Positions 17,523 to 26,856 of a stretch of DNA of 34,924 bases are shown piece by piece (position 1 is the stretch's first letter; each line of letters starts with the position of its first letter). A program made the translations under genes and the position numbers. Below the pieces are notes generated by a model. The model saw only the letters and a list, made by a program, of their open reading frames with translations. It made no database searches and was not told the origin of the DNA. This stretch comes from a virus (lineage: Duplodnaviria > Caudoviricetes), in IMG/VR virus record IMGVR_UViG_3300043443_000016, positions 1 through 34,924 of that record. One strand, given 5' to 3'.

Positions 17523-20500
17523 ACTGATTTTGGATTCCAGAGATTATGTCGTTAATTGTTAGATTACTTGCTGATGGCATACCTTGTCTGTTACCCAAGA
17601 TACCCATTAGATCGTTATAACTCAAGTTTGATGGTTGTCCATACTGTACTGGCTCTGGGATTTTCCCATAGTTGGGGTCAAGCAATTTCTCCCATTGAGT
17701 GCCAACTAGCAAATTACGATTGCCAAAATCAATAGGTGGCAATGTTGTTGGAGTTCCACCTGTCGTTGTTGGAGTCGTTGGGCTTGTCCAGCTTTCTGGA
17801 ACAGGAACAATATCGTACTGATTAGTTCCACCACCTGCGTTAGAAGCAGCGTTCAATGCTGCAACAGTTGTACCAATTTGAGCCAATCTAATAACATCAG
17901 AAACACCTAAAGATTTGTCTTTTTCTTTTGTTGTTTCAGTTGTAGTTTTCGGAGTGGTTGGGGTAGTTGTAGGTGTAACAGCAGAAACAATAGTATTTAT
18001 TACATCACTAATTGTTTTTGGTTTGTCAGCAGTAACAACTTGTTCTGGAACAACAGGAGTAGTTACTGGTGTAGTTGCTACAGGAGTTGTTGTTGGTAGT
18101 ATTGAAGTAATCGCATTGATTACATCTTGAGTAATTGTAGTAGGTGCTTTTGCAGTAATTACTTGCTCTGGGACTACAGTACTTGTTGGTGTAACTGTTG
18201 TAGTTGTAGTAGGAATAGTCGCAGCAATGGTGTTAATTACATCCGCTACATTTGTAGTAGGAGATTGACCAGTAATAACCTGCTCAGCGATAACAGATGG
18301 AGTTGTAACTGGTGTAGTGGTTGTAGGTGTAGTTACTGGTGCTACTGAAGTTATAGAGTTAATAATGTCTGCAACTGTTGCAGGTCTATCAGCAGTAACT
18401 ACTTGTTCTGTAGCAGCAGGAGTAGTAACTTGCGTAGGTGTTGTAGTTGGAGTTACAGAAGTAACAGCGTTAATTACATCTTGAACACTTGTTGGTCTAT
18501 CAGATGTAATAGTCTGTTCTGCAACAGGTGTAGTTGTAGGAGTTGTTACAGTTGACGCTCCTTGGGTTGCTGTAATGCTTGGGATTGTTGCAGCAGCACC
18601 AAGCAAACTGTTCAATGCTGGCGTAGTTGATGAGCCAACAACAGAGACAGTATCCAACAAACTTGGAACAGAACTAGGGACAGTTGTAGCTGCTGATGTT
18701 GAAGATGCTAATACATTGGCAGCGTCTTTCAAAGACTCAACAACAACAGTTGGACTAAATCCACTATTTGTTAGTGCGGCTTCAATCTCTGGCAATGTAG
18801 CGCCAGCGTCTGCCATTTGCATAGCAATGTCACTAGCATCCCCTAATACCGCACCATCAGCACCTTTTAAGTAACCACCTAAAGCGCCACCTGCGCCACC
18901 AAGCAATGCGCCTTGTAGGACGCTATCTCCAGTAATAGCGGCTGTACCACCACCGACCATAGCGCCAGTTAACGCATTAGTAGCCAATGTAGATGCTGAT
19001 GGGCCAAGCAAAGAGGAAGCAGCAGGGCCAAGCACAGGGGTTAATGCAGCAGCAATAATTGGTGCAAATGCACTAATGTCATCACGGCTTGAAGCGCCAG
19101 TAGTGTAAAAAACTGGTTTGCCATCAGCGCCTATATCTACTCTGTAAGCTGTATTTCCATCGCCTAGATAAGTTCCACCAAAAGCGTTTCCTGTTTGTCG
19201 CTCTGCATAAGTGTTTGGAACTACTTGACCAGTTTCCTTGTTTCCGTAAGTCTCTTGTGTACCAGTTGGAGCAAAATATCCAACCACATTACCATCCATC
19301 TCAAGAGGGACAACAAGTGCAGGGTCTACTGGTTGACCTTTTAAGTTAACAAAGCCACCACGACCATCTGGTCTTACATCCTCATTCAAACCTGTTTGTG
19401 TAACCTTACCAAACTGGCTGATGTCTGTGATACCAATGCCAGCCATGATCTTAGCCATGTCTTTGGCAGCAGTTTCAGCATCTACACCACCTTGCCAGTT
19501 AGCTGTGTTTCCTCTTGCAAGAATCTGTTTTGTAAGATTATCTACAGGAGAATTTGTAGAACTTGCGCTAGTAGGAGCTATTGCTGATGGCGCAGTTGTC
19601 ATAGCAGTTGGTTCTGCGGCTTTAGTCTCTGGCTGTTTAAAAGTCCCACCAGAACTAATCTGACTAGCAATGTAGTCATTCAATGAAGCGCCATATTCTG
19701 CACTTGGATGCACACCATCAAGCAAAGCGCCTTTAGGAACAGGAACTTGCCTAACATCAATAAATTGTGCGTTGTATTTACTAGCTAAGTCTTTGATACC
19801 TTGGTTAATTGCATCAGCAGAAGCAATCATGCTATCTGTAATACCTGCATCAATGTTACCTGCGTTAAAGTCACCCATCTTTGCAAATGGAGTTACACCT
19901 ACCAAAATAGGCTTAGTTCCATTTTCTTGGGATAACTTAATCATGCTCTCAATGTTTCTGAGAGTTGTAGCAGGGTCATTGAGCCTGATAGCATCAGCAG
20001 CACCAAACCTTAACAATGCTGTTTCTGGCTTGTTGCTAGTGATGTAGCTTGCAAAATCACCATACTCAATTGGCAGAACACTACCTGCGTAAGGGATGCC
20101 AGTACCAGTTAACGAGTCACTAGATGTAGTTCCACCCATTGAGTTGTTAACAGCATTAACCTTTAGTGATTGGCCAAGATACTGAGCTAAATTATTACCA
20201 TAGGTAGTATCAGAATATCCACCACCTTTGCCATCTAAAGCGTAGCCTACAGAAGAACTAATTGAGTCACCAAATACAGCAAGTTGTGGTTTTGATGCTT
20301 TTTGGATTCCATAGTTGTTCAAACTGGTGGTGTAATCATCTGCTGTAAATTTTGTACCAAACGCATCGTTCCATAGTTTTGCTGCTTCTGATGGTGCATA
20401 TCCTGCGTCATACAGCAACTTCAAACCAGATTCAGTAGCTTGATTGGCTGAAGCATTACTGGCGTTAATCAAACTAAGGAATTCATCAGGACTAAATCTT

Positions 20501-20571
20501 TTTACTGAATCCATGCTACCAGAGCCACCATCAGCATCAAGATAGTTACTTGCAAGGTCTAATAAAGCCAT
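17491..20571 (-). CDS. Large mosaic protein: SGNH/GDSL hydrolase domain, Gly/Ala hydrophobic segment and Thr/Pro-rich repeats
   Basis: Block I FGDS, block II NNSMGG, block III FGAAD (atypical) and block V DGVHP; five ~39-aa repeats. Confidence 0.8.
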   Translation of the reverse strand: MALLDLASNYLDADGGSGSMDSVKRFSPDEFLSLINASNASANQATESGLKLLYDAGYAPSEAAKLWNDAFGTKFTADDYTTSLNNYGIQKASKPQLAVFGDSISSSVGYALDGKGGGYSDTTYGNNLAQYLGQSLKVNAVNNSMGGTTSSDSLTGTGIPYAGSVLPIEYGDFASYITSNKPETALLRFGAADAIRLNDPATTLRNIESMIKLSQENGTKPILVGVTPFAKMGDFNAGNIDAGITDSMIASADAINQGIKDLASKYNAQFIDVRQVPVPKGALLDGVHPSAEYGASLNDYIASQISSGGTFKQPETKAAEPTAMTTAPSAIAPTSASSTNSPVDNLTKQILARGNTANWQGGVDAETAAKDMAKIMAGIGITDISQFGKVTQTGLNEDVRPDGRGGFVNLKGQPVDPALVVPLEMDGNVVGYFAPTGTQETYGNKETGQVVPNTYAERQTGNAFGGTYLGDGNTAYRVDIGADGKPVFYTTGASSRDDISAFAPIIAAALTPVLGPAASSLLGPSASTLATNALTGAMVGGGTAAITGDSVLQGALLGGAGGALGGYLKGADGAVLGDASDIAMQMADAGATLPEIEAALTNSGFSPTVVVESLKDAANVLASSTSAATTVPSSVPSLLDTVSVVGSSTTPALNSLLGAAATIPSITATQGASTVTTPTTTPVAEQTITSDRPTSVQDVINAVTSVTPTTTPTQVTTPAATEQVVTADRPATVADIINSITSVAPVTTPTTTTPVTTPSVIAEQVITGQSPTTNVADVINTIAATIPTTTTTVTPTSTVVPEQVITAKAPTTITQDVINAITSILPTTTPVATTPVTTPVVPEQVVTADKPKTISDVINTIVSAVTPTTTPTTPKTTTETTKEKDKSLGVSDVIRLAQIGTTVAALNAASNAGGGTNQYDIVPVPESWTSPTTPTTTGGTPTTLPPIDFGNRNLLVGTQWEKLLDPNYGKIPEPVQYGQPSNLSYNDLMGILGNRQGMPSASNLTINDIISGIQNQYGQVPSRTMG

Positions 20572-20573
20572 GA

Positions 20574-22706
20574 TTAACCTTTGATTTCTACATTGGAAGT
20601 AATGCCAGCACCAATCTTCATTGCTTTCAATTGTGCCTCTGCTTCAAACTCTTGTTGCTTCATAGCAAAGTAAGCCTGTTGTTTCTCACGCTCAAGCATC
20701 AACTTGGCAGCCTCTTTTTCACGCATCATTTGCATTTCAAGAGCAGCCTTTTGCTGTGCCATCTCCATGTCAATCTGCTGTTGCTGTTGCTTTAACTGAA
20801 TGTCAGCTTGTGCTTTAGCTTGGTTAGATTGAATCTCAGCCTGAGTTCTAGCCATCATTGCCTCAACTTCTGGAGGCATTTGCTGTTGCTGTGGAGGAGG
20901 ATTGCTTAAGGCTTGGTCTTGCTCTGGTGTAATAGGCTTGTAAAACTCGCCAGAATCCTTAAAACCTGCAATCTCAACCATGCGTCCTAATGTAGAACGA
21001 TATTGAGCAGGTGAAACATAAGGATTGGCAGGGCCATACTGAGCAATCAGTTGCTCTTGTTTAGCAAGAACCATTGACAGCATAGCCATTTGTTCTTGTC
21101 TGTTACCTGCACCTAAACCAACATTGATAGCAACATCGTATTGGTTAGCCCATGTGCGAGGGTCAAACTCTACAAACTCGCCACGCATACGCACTAAACG
21201 AGGCTTGTCTTGATACTTACAGAGCAAGTGCAAGATGCCTTGGAACAAAGACTTAACGCCTGTCTCAGCAAAGATTCTAGCCATCAGTTCAATCTTACCT
21301 GCGCCAGCTTGTTGCATGGAAGCTACTGCTGCTGCTGTGACATTTTGCAAGATAGAAGGGTCTAAGCCCTGTGAGGCATCAGATACGCCAGTACGCTTAG
21401 ATTGGACTGTATCCAAGTACTGAAGCATTGGGAAAGCCTGAGATGCCACATTCTGCACAACCAATTGTTGAACAGCGTTAGGAGACTTGGCACGAATAAC
21501 ACCACCTGCGGTAGATGTAAGCAAGTCATCAAGGTTTACTTGACCTTCAACAGCAACCACTCGTGCATTGTTTGTCAGATATAAGTTATCTAACATCTGA
21601 CGAGTGATAGTAGTCTTGATTAACTGAAGGTCTGTTGTTCTGTCAGCTAGTGAATTGCCAAAGAACTTGTGTGGGATTGGGATTGGGCAAATTGAGTGGA
21701 ATGGCACATAGTCCACTTCCTCAATCATTTCCTTGCCATTCTCGTCTTGCAGAATCTCGTTTGAGGCATAAAAAACCTGAGTCAGGGCAGCAATACCTTT
21801 GCCATTCATGTCAGTTTTGACATAGCACTCAAAGACCTCAATCTCTTGCATGGATGGGTCATCAGTCTGAACTTGGTAGGGTTGCTCACCAGCAGAGAAG
21901 CGAACCACACGCTCTGGTGTGTACGCTAGTGCATCGTCCATCTGCAAGGATTCAATTTGCTTCTTGTTAAAACCCATAGCAATCAAGTCACTACGAGTCA
22001 ACATCTGACGATGGGCTACGAATGGGCTGTCAGCAATAGTACGAGCCTTTTTGCTAATCAAGAACTCCTCTGGAGGAACATTCTCAATCGTTACTTTGCC
22101 TGATTTCTTACGCTTTTGGACTACGACATTGTGTGTCGCACCCATAACTTGCATACCAGTTGGGTCAATTACTGGCTGACCCATTGGGTCATAGATTGGA
22201 AACTCTGTTGTATCTTGCTCGACAATCTCCATGCTTTCATCGCTCATCAGCATGGCTAACTCGTCATCAGACAAGTCAAAGTAACGCTCTTTAGTAATGT
22301 CTTCTTTATCTTCCCAATAGGCTTTGACTATGCCGTTCTTTTGCAATAAGGCATCTTTAAACCAATCATGCAGAATGGCTACACCTTCGTTATCACGCAA
22401 GAAAACCCAATTACAGTAATCGGTAGCTTGCTTGGCAGATGCTTCGTCTTGTGGGCCTTGTGGCTCAAAGATAACGATATTGTCTGAGCCTGTGAAAATA
22501 CGGACTAGAGAGGGTAATGCACCATCAATGGCTTCTGCTACTTCTCCAGTAACAATCTGAGACTTGCCTTCAATTTCTGTGCCGTAAGGTTGCCGTAAGT
22601 ATGCTTGTAATGCTTGCTTTCTTTGCTCTACAGTCTCACTCTCGATAAACCCGATAGCATCGTCAATTTCCGCTTGCAGAATAGATTTAAGTTCAGTTTG
22701 TCTCAT
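20574..22706 (-). CDS. Portal protein (P22-like, with C-terminal coiled-coil barrel)
   Basis: 710 aa; WFKDALLQKNGIVK, IENVPPEEF, PIPHKFFG and DNLYLTNN motifs; Gln-rich tail; follows terL. Confidence 0.9.
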   Translation of the reverse strand: MRQTELKSILQAEIDDAIGFIESETVEQRKQALQAYLRQPYGTEIEGKSQIVTGEVAEAIDGALPSLVRIFTGSDNIVIFEPQGPQDEASAKQATDYCNWVFLRDNEGVAILHDWFKDALLQKNGIVKAYWEDKEDITKERYFDLSDDELAMLMSDESMEIVEQDTTEFPIYDPMGQPVIDPTGMQVMGATHNVVVQKRKKSGKVTIENVPPEEFLISKKARTIADSPFVAHRQMLTRSDLIAMGFNKKQIESLQMDDALAYTPERVVRFSAGEQPYQVQTDDPSMQEIEVFECYVKTDMNGKGIAALTQVFYASNEILQDENGKEMIEEVDYVPFHSICPIPIPHKFFGNSLADRTTDLQLIKTTITRQMLDNLYLTNNARVVAVEGQVNLDDLLTSTAGGVIRAKSPNAVQQLVVQNVASQAFPMLQYLDTVQSKRTGVSDASQGLDPSILQNVTAAAVASMQQAGAGKIELMARIFAETGVKSLFQGILHLLCKYQDKPRLVRMRGEFVEFDPRTWANQYDVAINVGLGAGNRQEQMAMLSMVLAKQEQLIAQYGPANPYVSPAQYRSTLGRMVEIAGFKDSGEFYKPITPEQDQALSNPPPQQQQMPPEVEAMMARTQAEIQSNQAKAQADIQLKQQQQQIDMEMAQQKAALEMQMMREKEAAKLMLEREKQQAYFAMKQQEFEAEAQLKAMKIGAGITSNVEIKG

Positions 22707-23296
22707 AAAGCATTAACCCACTCATAAGGTTTAGTAAAAGTCATAGTGTTACGCTTTCTTACATTTAACGCTTCAGGAATGACTTGGATATTTGCAGCAC
22801 AATGAAATCCAGACGCAGTTTTAGATTGCAATGGAATCATGTGGTCTATGTGCCATTTTACATTAGTTACAGCACTTCTGTATCTAGAAAGTAATGCTGC
22901 CTCGTGCATTACAAAAGCATCAAATTCACCATACCACTTTGGAGTGGCGTTTATTTGTGAGGCTCTACGCTTATGAAAGTCAGCCAAAATCTTATCTGGA
23001 TTGTCTTTTTTCCATCTTTTAAGATTTGCTCTTTGCTTTTCTCTATTCTTTTCTTGCCAGTCTTTTTTATATTGAGCCATCTTTTCAGGATTAGCTTCTT
23101 TCCAAGCCTTACTTTTATCCTTGTTCTCAATATTCCATTTAGTTTTAATTTGCTTAGTAAAGTCAAGGCAAGCGTCACAAAGACAGTCACCATTTAGCCT
23201 ACGATCAGCAATGCCACCACGCTTACATGGCTTACCAGTAAAGTAAGTTTTAAGCCCTAAGGCTTTAGCTTCCTTCCTGTTTGATGGCTTGCTCAT
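22703..23296 (-). CDS. HNH homing endonuclease
   Basis: YFTGKPCKRGG...CLCDAC zinc-binding N-terminus and HIDHMIPL...GFHCAANIQVIPEALN nuclease motif; AT-rich. Confidence 0.85.
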   Translation of the reverse strand: MSKPSNRKEAKALGLKTYFTGKPCKRGGIADRRLNGDCLCDACLDFTKQIKTKWNIENKDKSKAWKEANPEKMAQYKKDWQEKNREKQRANLKRWKKDNPDKILADFHKRRASQINATPKWYGEFDAFVMHEAALLSRYRSAVTNVKWHIDHMIPLQSKTASGFHCAANIQVIPEALNVRKRNTMTFTKPYEWVNAL

Positions 23297-23432
23297 TCTT
23301 CTCCTTTGGAGGGCGACCCATTCGGGGTTTATCCGATTTTAACTCTTTTATCACATTTTCCAATACTTCGATGCGGTTTTCAAGTTCTTTTATCTTTGGG
23401 GCTAAATTAACGCCCTGACGCTCTACATACAT
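23265..23432 (-). CDS. Small coiled-coil protein with AT-hook-like motif, 55 aa (not in ORF track)
   Basis: MYVERQGVNLAPKIKELENRIEVLENVIKELKSDKPRMGRPPKEKNEQAIKQEGS*; TAATG-coupled to terL. Confidence 0.7.
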   Translation of the reverse strand: MYVERQGVNLAPKIKELENRIEVLENVIKELKSDKPRMGRPPKEKNEQAIKQEGS

Positions 23433-24694
23433 TAGACAATCCATTTCGGTGTTTGGTTGATAGGCTTAGACCATGTGCTGTGACCTTCGTCAAGTCCAAG
23501 GGCTAAGTAACGGAACGAGTCACTTCCATGACTTGACCAATCGTGAAGTGGTCTTTCATAGAATATCTTACGCTTTTCATCGTAATCTCTGCGGTAGTTT
23601 CTCAGGCAGTTCAGTCCTGTTTGGACTTTAGGAACATTGAACCAACACCTTGGAAGCAATCTTCTGACAGCTTGGATGCCATCATCTAACCCCATTCTGG
23701 GTGCAATCTTTATCTCTAGCCCTGCTTCCTCAAGCATTTCCATTCTGCTTTTGCCAGAGCCTAACTCCCTTACCCTGACATCATGGGGCAAGATATGCTC
23801 TGCTTTGATGTAGTCATTGTCCCTAATCCACTTCACATAGTGGTCTAGTCCAACACCATGATTCTCATAATAGTCAATTAGACGCACCTCTGAGCCTACC
23901 AATTGAGCTACCCAGATACTCGTTGAGTCACCCATTCCCAAATCCCAAGCGGTAAAGGTACGACTTAGTTCCTCTCTGGGAATTTCTTGCATGTGCTTTT
24001 TGTCTTCTAGCTCATTGAGGATTTGACCATAGTAAGAGCCTTCTACAGCAGCGTCAAAGCTACATTCAAACTCTTGACGATACTTGTCCTCACCCATTTC
24101 ATTACGAGCAGCCTTCAGTTCTACATCGTCCACTACCCCTGTTTCAGAGGCTTTGAACTCCAGTAAACCCCATCCATCCTCTTTTTCTGCCCTGTCTCGC
24201 AGTTCTTTGAAGTGGTTATGACCTTTAGGTGTACCAATGAATAAGCACCAGCCTTTTCTGTCAGCTAGTGCAGGTCTAACAATGTCTGTCCATATCTTAG
24301 GATTCTGGTCGCCAATCTCGTCTAGGATTACCCCATCAAAGTATTGACCACGCAATGCTTCTGGGTTGTCAGAGCCATATAGCTGAATACGCCTACCCCA
24401 GAAGTCAACTCGCAACTCAGAGATATTGTTAGTACCGCCTAGTGGCTCTGCATACTTGACTAGATAGTCCCATGCCACCCTCTTGGCTTGTCCATAGGTA
24501 GGAGCAATGTAAGCGTATCTAGGTGCTTCCTTTTGGTTAAGGATAGCGTCCTTGATTAGATGGTTGATTGCAGAGACAGTCTTGCCCATACGCCTATGAG
24601 CAACAACAACACCAAAACGCTTACTGTCCATCAGATCATGGATAGCAAGTTGTTGGTCTCTGGGTGAGTAAGGAATCTCTATTACTTCTGCCAT
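23432..24694 (-). CDS. terL: Terminase large subunit
   Basis: Walker A HRRMGKT, Walker B VILDE, coupling motif IGTP, nuclease WDLG...D and HDWSSHGSDSFRY. Confidence 0.96.
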   Translation of the reverse strand: MAEVIEIPYSPRDQQLAIHDLMDSKRFGVVVAHRRMGKTVSAINHLIKDAILNQKEAPRYAYIAPTYGQAKRVAWDYLVKYAEPLGGTNNISELRVDFWGRRIQLYGSDNPEALRGQYFDGVILDEIGDQNPKIWTDIVRPALADRKGWCLFIGTPKGHNHFKELRDRAEKEDGWGLLEFKASETGVVDDVELKAARNEMGEDKYRQEFECSFDAAVEGSYYGQILNELEDKKHMQEIPREELSRTFTAWDLGMGDSTSIWVAQLVGSEVRLIDYYENHGVGLDHYVKWIRDNDYIKAEHILPHDVRVRELGSGKSRMEMLEEAGLEIKIAPRMGLDDGIQAVRRLLPRCWFNVPKVQTGLNCLRNYRRDYDEKRKIFYERPLHDWSSHGSDSFRYLALGLDEGHSTWSKPINQTPKWIV

Positions 24695-24915
24695 GTGACC
24701 TTCATCTCTACTGGAGCATCAGCGTTACCTGATAGCTGTATAGAGGATAAATCACTTAGAGATTTACGCAATAGTATTTCAATTGCCTTCATGCGAGTAG
24801 GACTTAATTCTTCACTTAATCCAAGTGCATGATTTTGCAAGACATTTACAAGCTGACTGGCTTGGATTTTTGCCCTTATTTCGTCCTGATGATAGGCTTT
24901 AATTCTTGATGCCAT
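24682..24915 (-). CDS. Probable terminase small subunit
   Basis: Immediately upstream of and overlapping terL; C-terminal LSGNADAPVEMKVTW strand; SD GAGGAG. Confidence 0.6.
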   Translation of the reverse strand: MASRIKAYHQDEIRAKIQASQLVNVLQNHALGLSEELSPTRMKAIEILLRKSLSDLSSIQLSGNADAPVEMKVTWQK

Positions 24916-24962
24916 TTTGTTTGACTCCTCTAGGGTTGGTCAAGGTTAGTTAGTGATTACTT

Positions 24963-26573
24963 TTATTCTAGCAGACTTTGAATTTCTTTACGCTTTTCTT
25001 CGTCCAATAATCCTGTTGCACCTAACGGCAAAGCTGGCATAGCAAACATTTTGTCGCCAAACTTCTTAAACAATTCTGCTCGTTCTTTAGGTGTTTCATA
25101 GAAATAAATCTTATCAATTCCTTGGCTCTTTAGGTAATCAATAGATTGCTGTGGAACATCTTTAGGAACAATAGCACCTTCAAACTCGCTTACTTGGACT
25201 GCTCTTTGAGGCTTAATTTCAAAGTATTCAGTAGGCATTGCTTTGACTTTGTTCATAAATATCTGAACATCAGCCTTCAATTCTTGTGGAACATCTTTAT
25301 AAATCTTATCCAAATGATTTACATTTTTGATTTGACCAATCTCATACAAGGCATTTTGAGGGTCATATCTGTAACCATCTTGACCTTCTAGCTTACCAAG
25401 TCTATCTGACAAGTCATCAAAAGCATCATTGATTTTTTTCTTGATTGGCTCAAACTCTTTAGACGAAACAATGTTTTCTCGTGCTGCTTTTACTTGGTCA
25501 AAGTTTTTAAACTTAGGTGTAGCCACAGCACGAATGTTTCCAACTCCATAGTAGAAACCTTCTTCTCCAGCACCACCTTTCATTTCTCTTACAAGATTTT
25601 CAAGTGTCGCAGGAGCATAGCGTCTATTGCCAGAGTCTGTATATCCTCTGAAAATTCTTTCTTCTGGAACTACACCAACTTCAGCTAGTGTGTTATCCAT
25701 GTTTGCAGACCAGTTTTCAAATTGTGGCTTTAAGTCTCTTACTCGTTGATTTACTTCTTGAGTAAATTTCCAAGTATCTTTTGCATAGTCTTCACGATTA
25801 GGCAATAGTCCTTGTTCATCAAGAAACTTTGCTTTATAAATGTCAGATTCGCCTCTCCACTTCCAATCATTCTTTAGTCTATCTACTAAATAATCACCAG
25901 ATGGAACTTTTTTAGCAACATCAGCAAAATAATTGTCTATATTTTTAGTACTCTTTGAGTCAAATTTAAAGTCAATCTCAGGTGTTCTAGCTGTGTATGC
26001 GTCAAATCCATAGACAGGATTTTTAGCAGACGGAATTGCCATTGACTTATCGCCAATCAATGAGATATTGCCAAAACTACTCAATGGATTCTCTACATTT
26101 GAAACAGCAATAGAAGGTACTGGCATACCACCTACTTTTTCAACTCGTGCCAACTTTTCTGGCGAAAGATTGTGGTGGACAATCATCTCCTTGCCAGCTT
26201 CAACATTAGGCACAAATTGAGATGGAATTTTTTTGCCTAAAAGTCCACCAACATCCTCAATGCTTGCCCCTACTGGCATACCTTTGGTAGCCTTTGCTAA
26301 ACCAGCAGATGCAGGTAACAGGGTCATAGCAGCCTCAATCGCTTCTGGACGAGGCTTAGTAGTCATTCCACTACCAGTAGTCAATGGCTCACCATAAGCC
26401 ATTCTTTCCATTGTCTGCTGAACAGCAGGAACTCCCAAGAGATTCATCAACATCTCAACAGGAGGATTCTCATAACCAAATGGCTTTGCGCCAAATTGTT
26501 GGACTTTCTTTAGGCGGTCAGCAAGTAAACCCATAATTGGGTTTGACATTGGAGTAGCCCTTAGTTCAGCCAT
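24963..26573 (-). CDS. Polyvalent-protein-like domain protein, possible ADP-ribosyltransferase fold
   Basis: VHHNLS...GGMPVPSIAV...FGNISL...DAYTAR...YFEIKPQRAV core flanked by low-complexity GLL-containing termini. The function is inferred. Confidence 0.5.
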   Translation of the reverse strand: MAELRATPMSNPIMGLLADRLKKVQQFGAKPFGYENPPVEMLMNLLGVPAVQQTMERMAYGEPLTTGSGMTTKPRPEAIEAAMTLLPASAGLAKATKGMPVGASIEDVGGLLGKKIPSQFVPNVEAGKEMIVHHNLSPEKLARVEKVGGMPVPSIAVSNVENPLSSFGNISLIGDKSMAIPSAKNPVYGFDAYTARTPEIDFKFDSKSTKNIDNYFADVAKKVPSGDYLVDRLKNDWKWRGESDIYKAKFLDEQGLLPNREDYAKDTWKFTQEVNQRVRDLKPQFENWSANMDNTLAEVGVVPEERIFRGYTDSGNRRYAPATLENLVREMKGGAGEEGFYYGVGNIRAVATPKFKNFDQVKAARENIVSSKEFEPIKKKINDAFDDLSDRLGKLEGQDGYRYDPQNALYEIGQIKNVNHLDKIYKDVPQELKADVQIFMNKVKAMPTEYFEIKPQRAVQVSEFEGAIVPKDVPQQSIDYLKSQGIDKIYFYETPKERAELFKKFGDKMFAMPALPLGATGLLDEEKRKEIQSLLE

Positions 26574-26737
26574 TATTTCATCCTGCCCATCTTTTTGGCA
26601 GCTTCGCTCATAGCAATGGCAATCGCTTGGTCACGGCTCTTGACAACCTTGCCACCTTTGCCAGAATGGAGAGTGCCTTCTTTGTACTCACCCATTACCT
26701 TGCCAACTTTTTTCTGACCAGCTTTTGTCATTTTCAT
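26573..26737 (-). CDS. DUF6496-like small basic protein, 54 aa (not in ORF track)
   Basis: MKMTKAGQKKVGKVMGEYKEGTLHSGKGGKVVKSRDQAIAIAMSEAAKKMGRMK*; KV.KVM.E.K.G.L.SG...QAIAIA.SEA signature. Confidence 0.8.
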   Translation of the reverse strand: MKMTKAGQKKVGKVMGEYKEGTLHSGKGGKVVKSRDQAIAIAMSEAAKKMGRMK

Positions 26738-26856
26738 TTTTTAGGCTTTTTCTGTGCGTTTTTAGCAGTACGCTCACCCCTGATAGGCATGGGTTTAGTC
26801 TTCTTCTGCATAAGCTTCTGCATCATCTCCAGAGCTTGCTGATTCGTTGTTCCCAT
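26734..26856 (-). CDS. Small basic protein, 40 aa
   Basis: SD GAGGAG, then MGTTNQQALEMMQKLMQKKTKPMPIRGERTAKNAQKKPKK*. Confidence 0.6.
   Translation of the reverse strand: MGTTNQQALEMMQKLMQKKTKPMPIRGERTAKNAQKKPKK

Noticed and set aside
17940-18560. CRISPR array or DGR-type repeats
   Set aside because: The repeats are degenerate at DNA level and conserved only as protein; no cas or reverse transcriptase gene is present.
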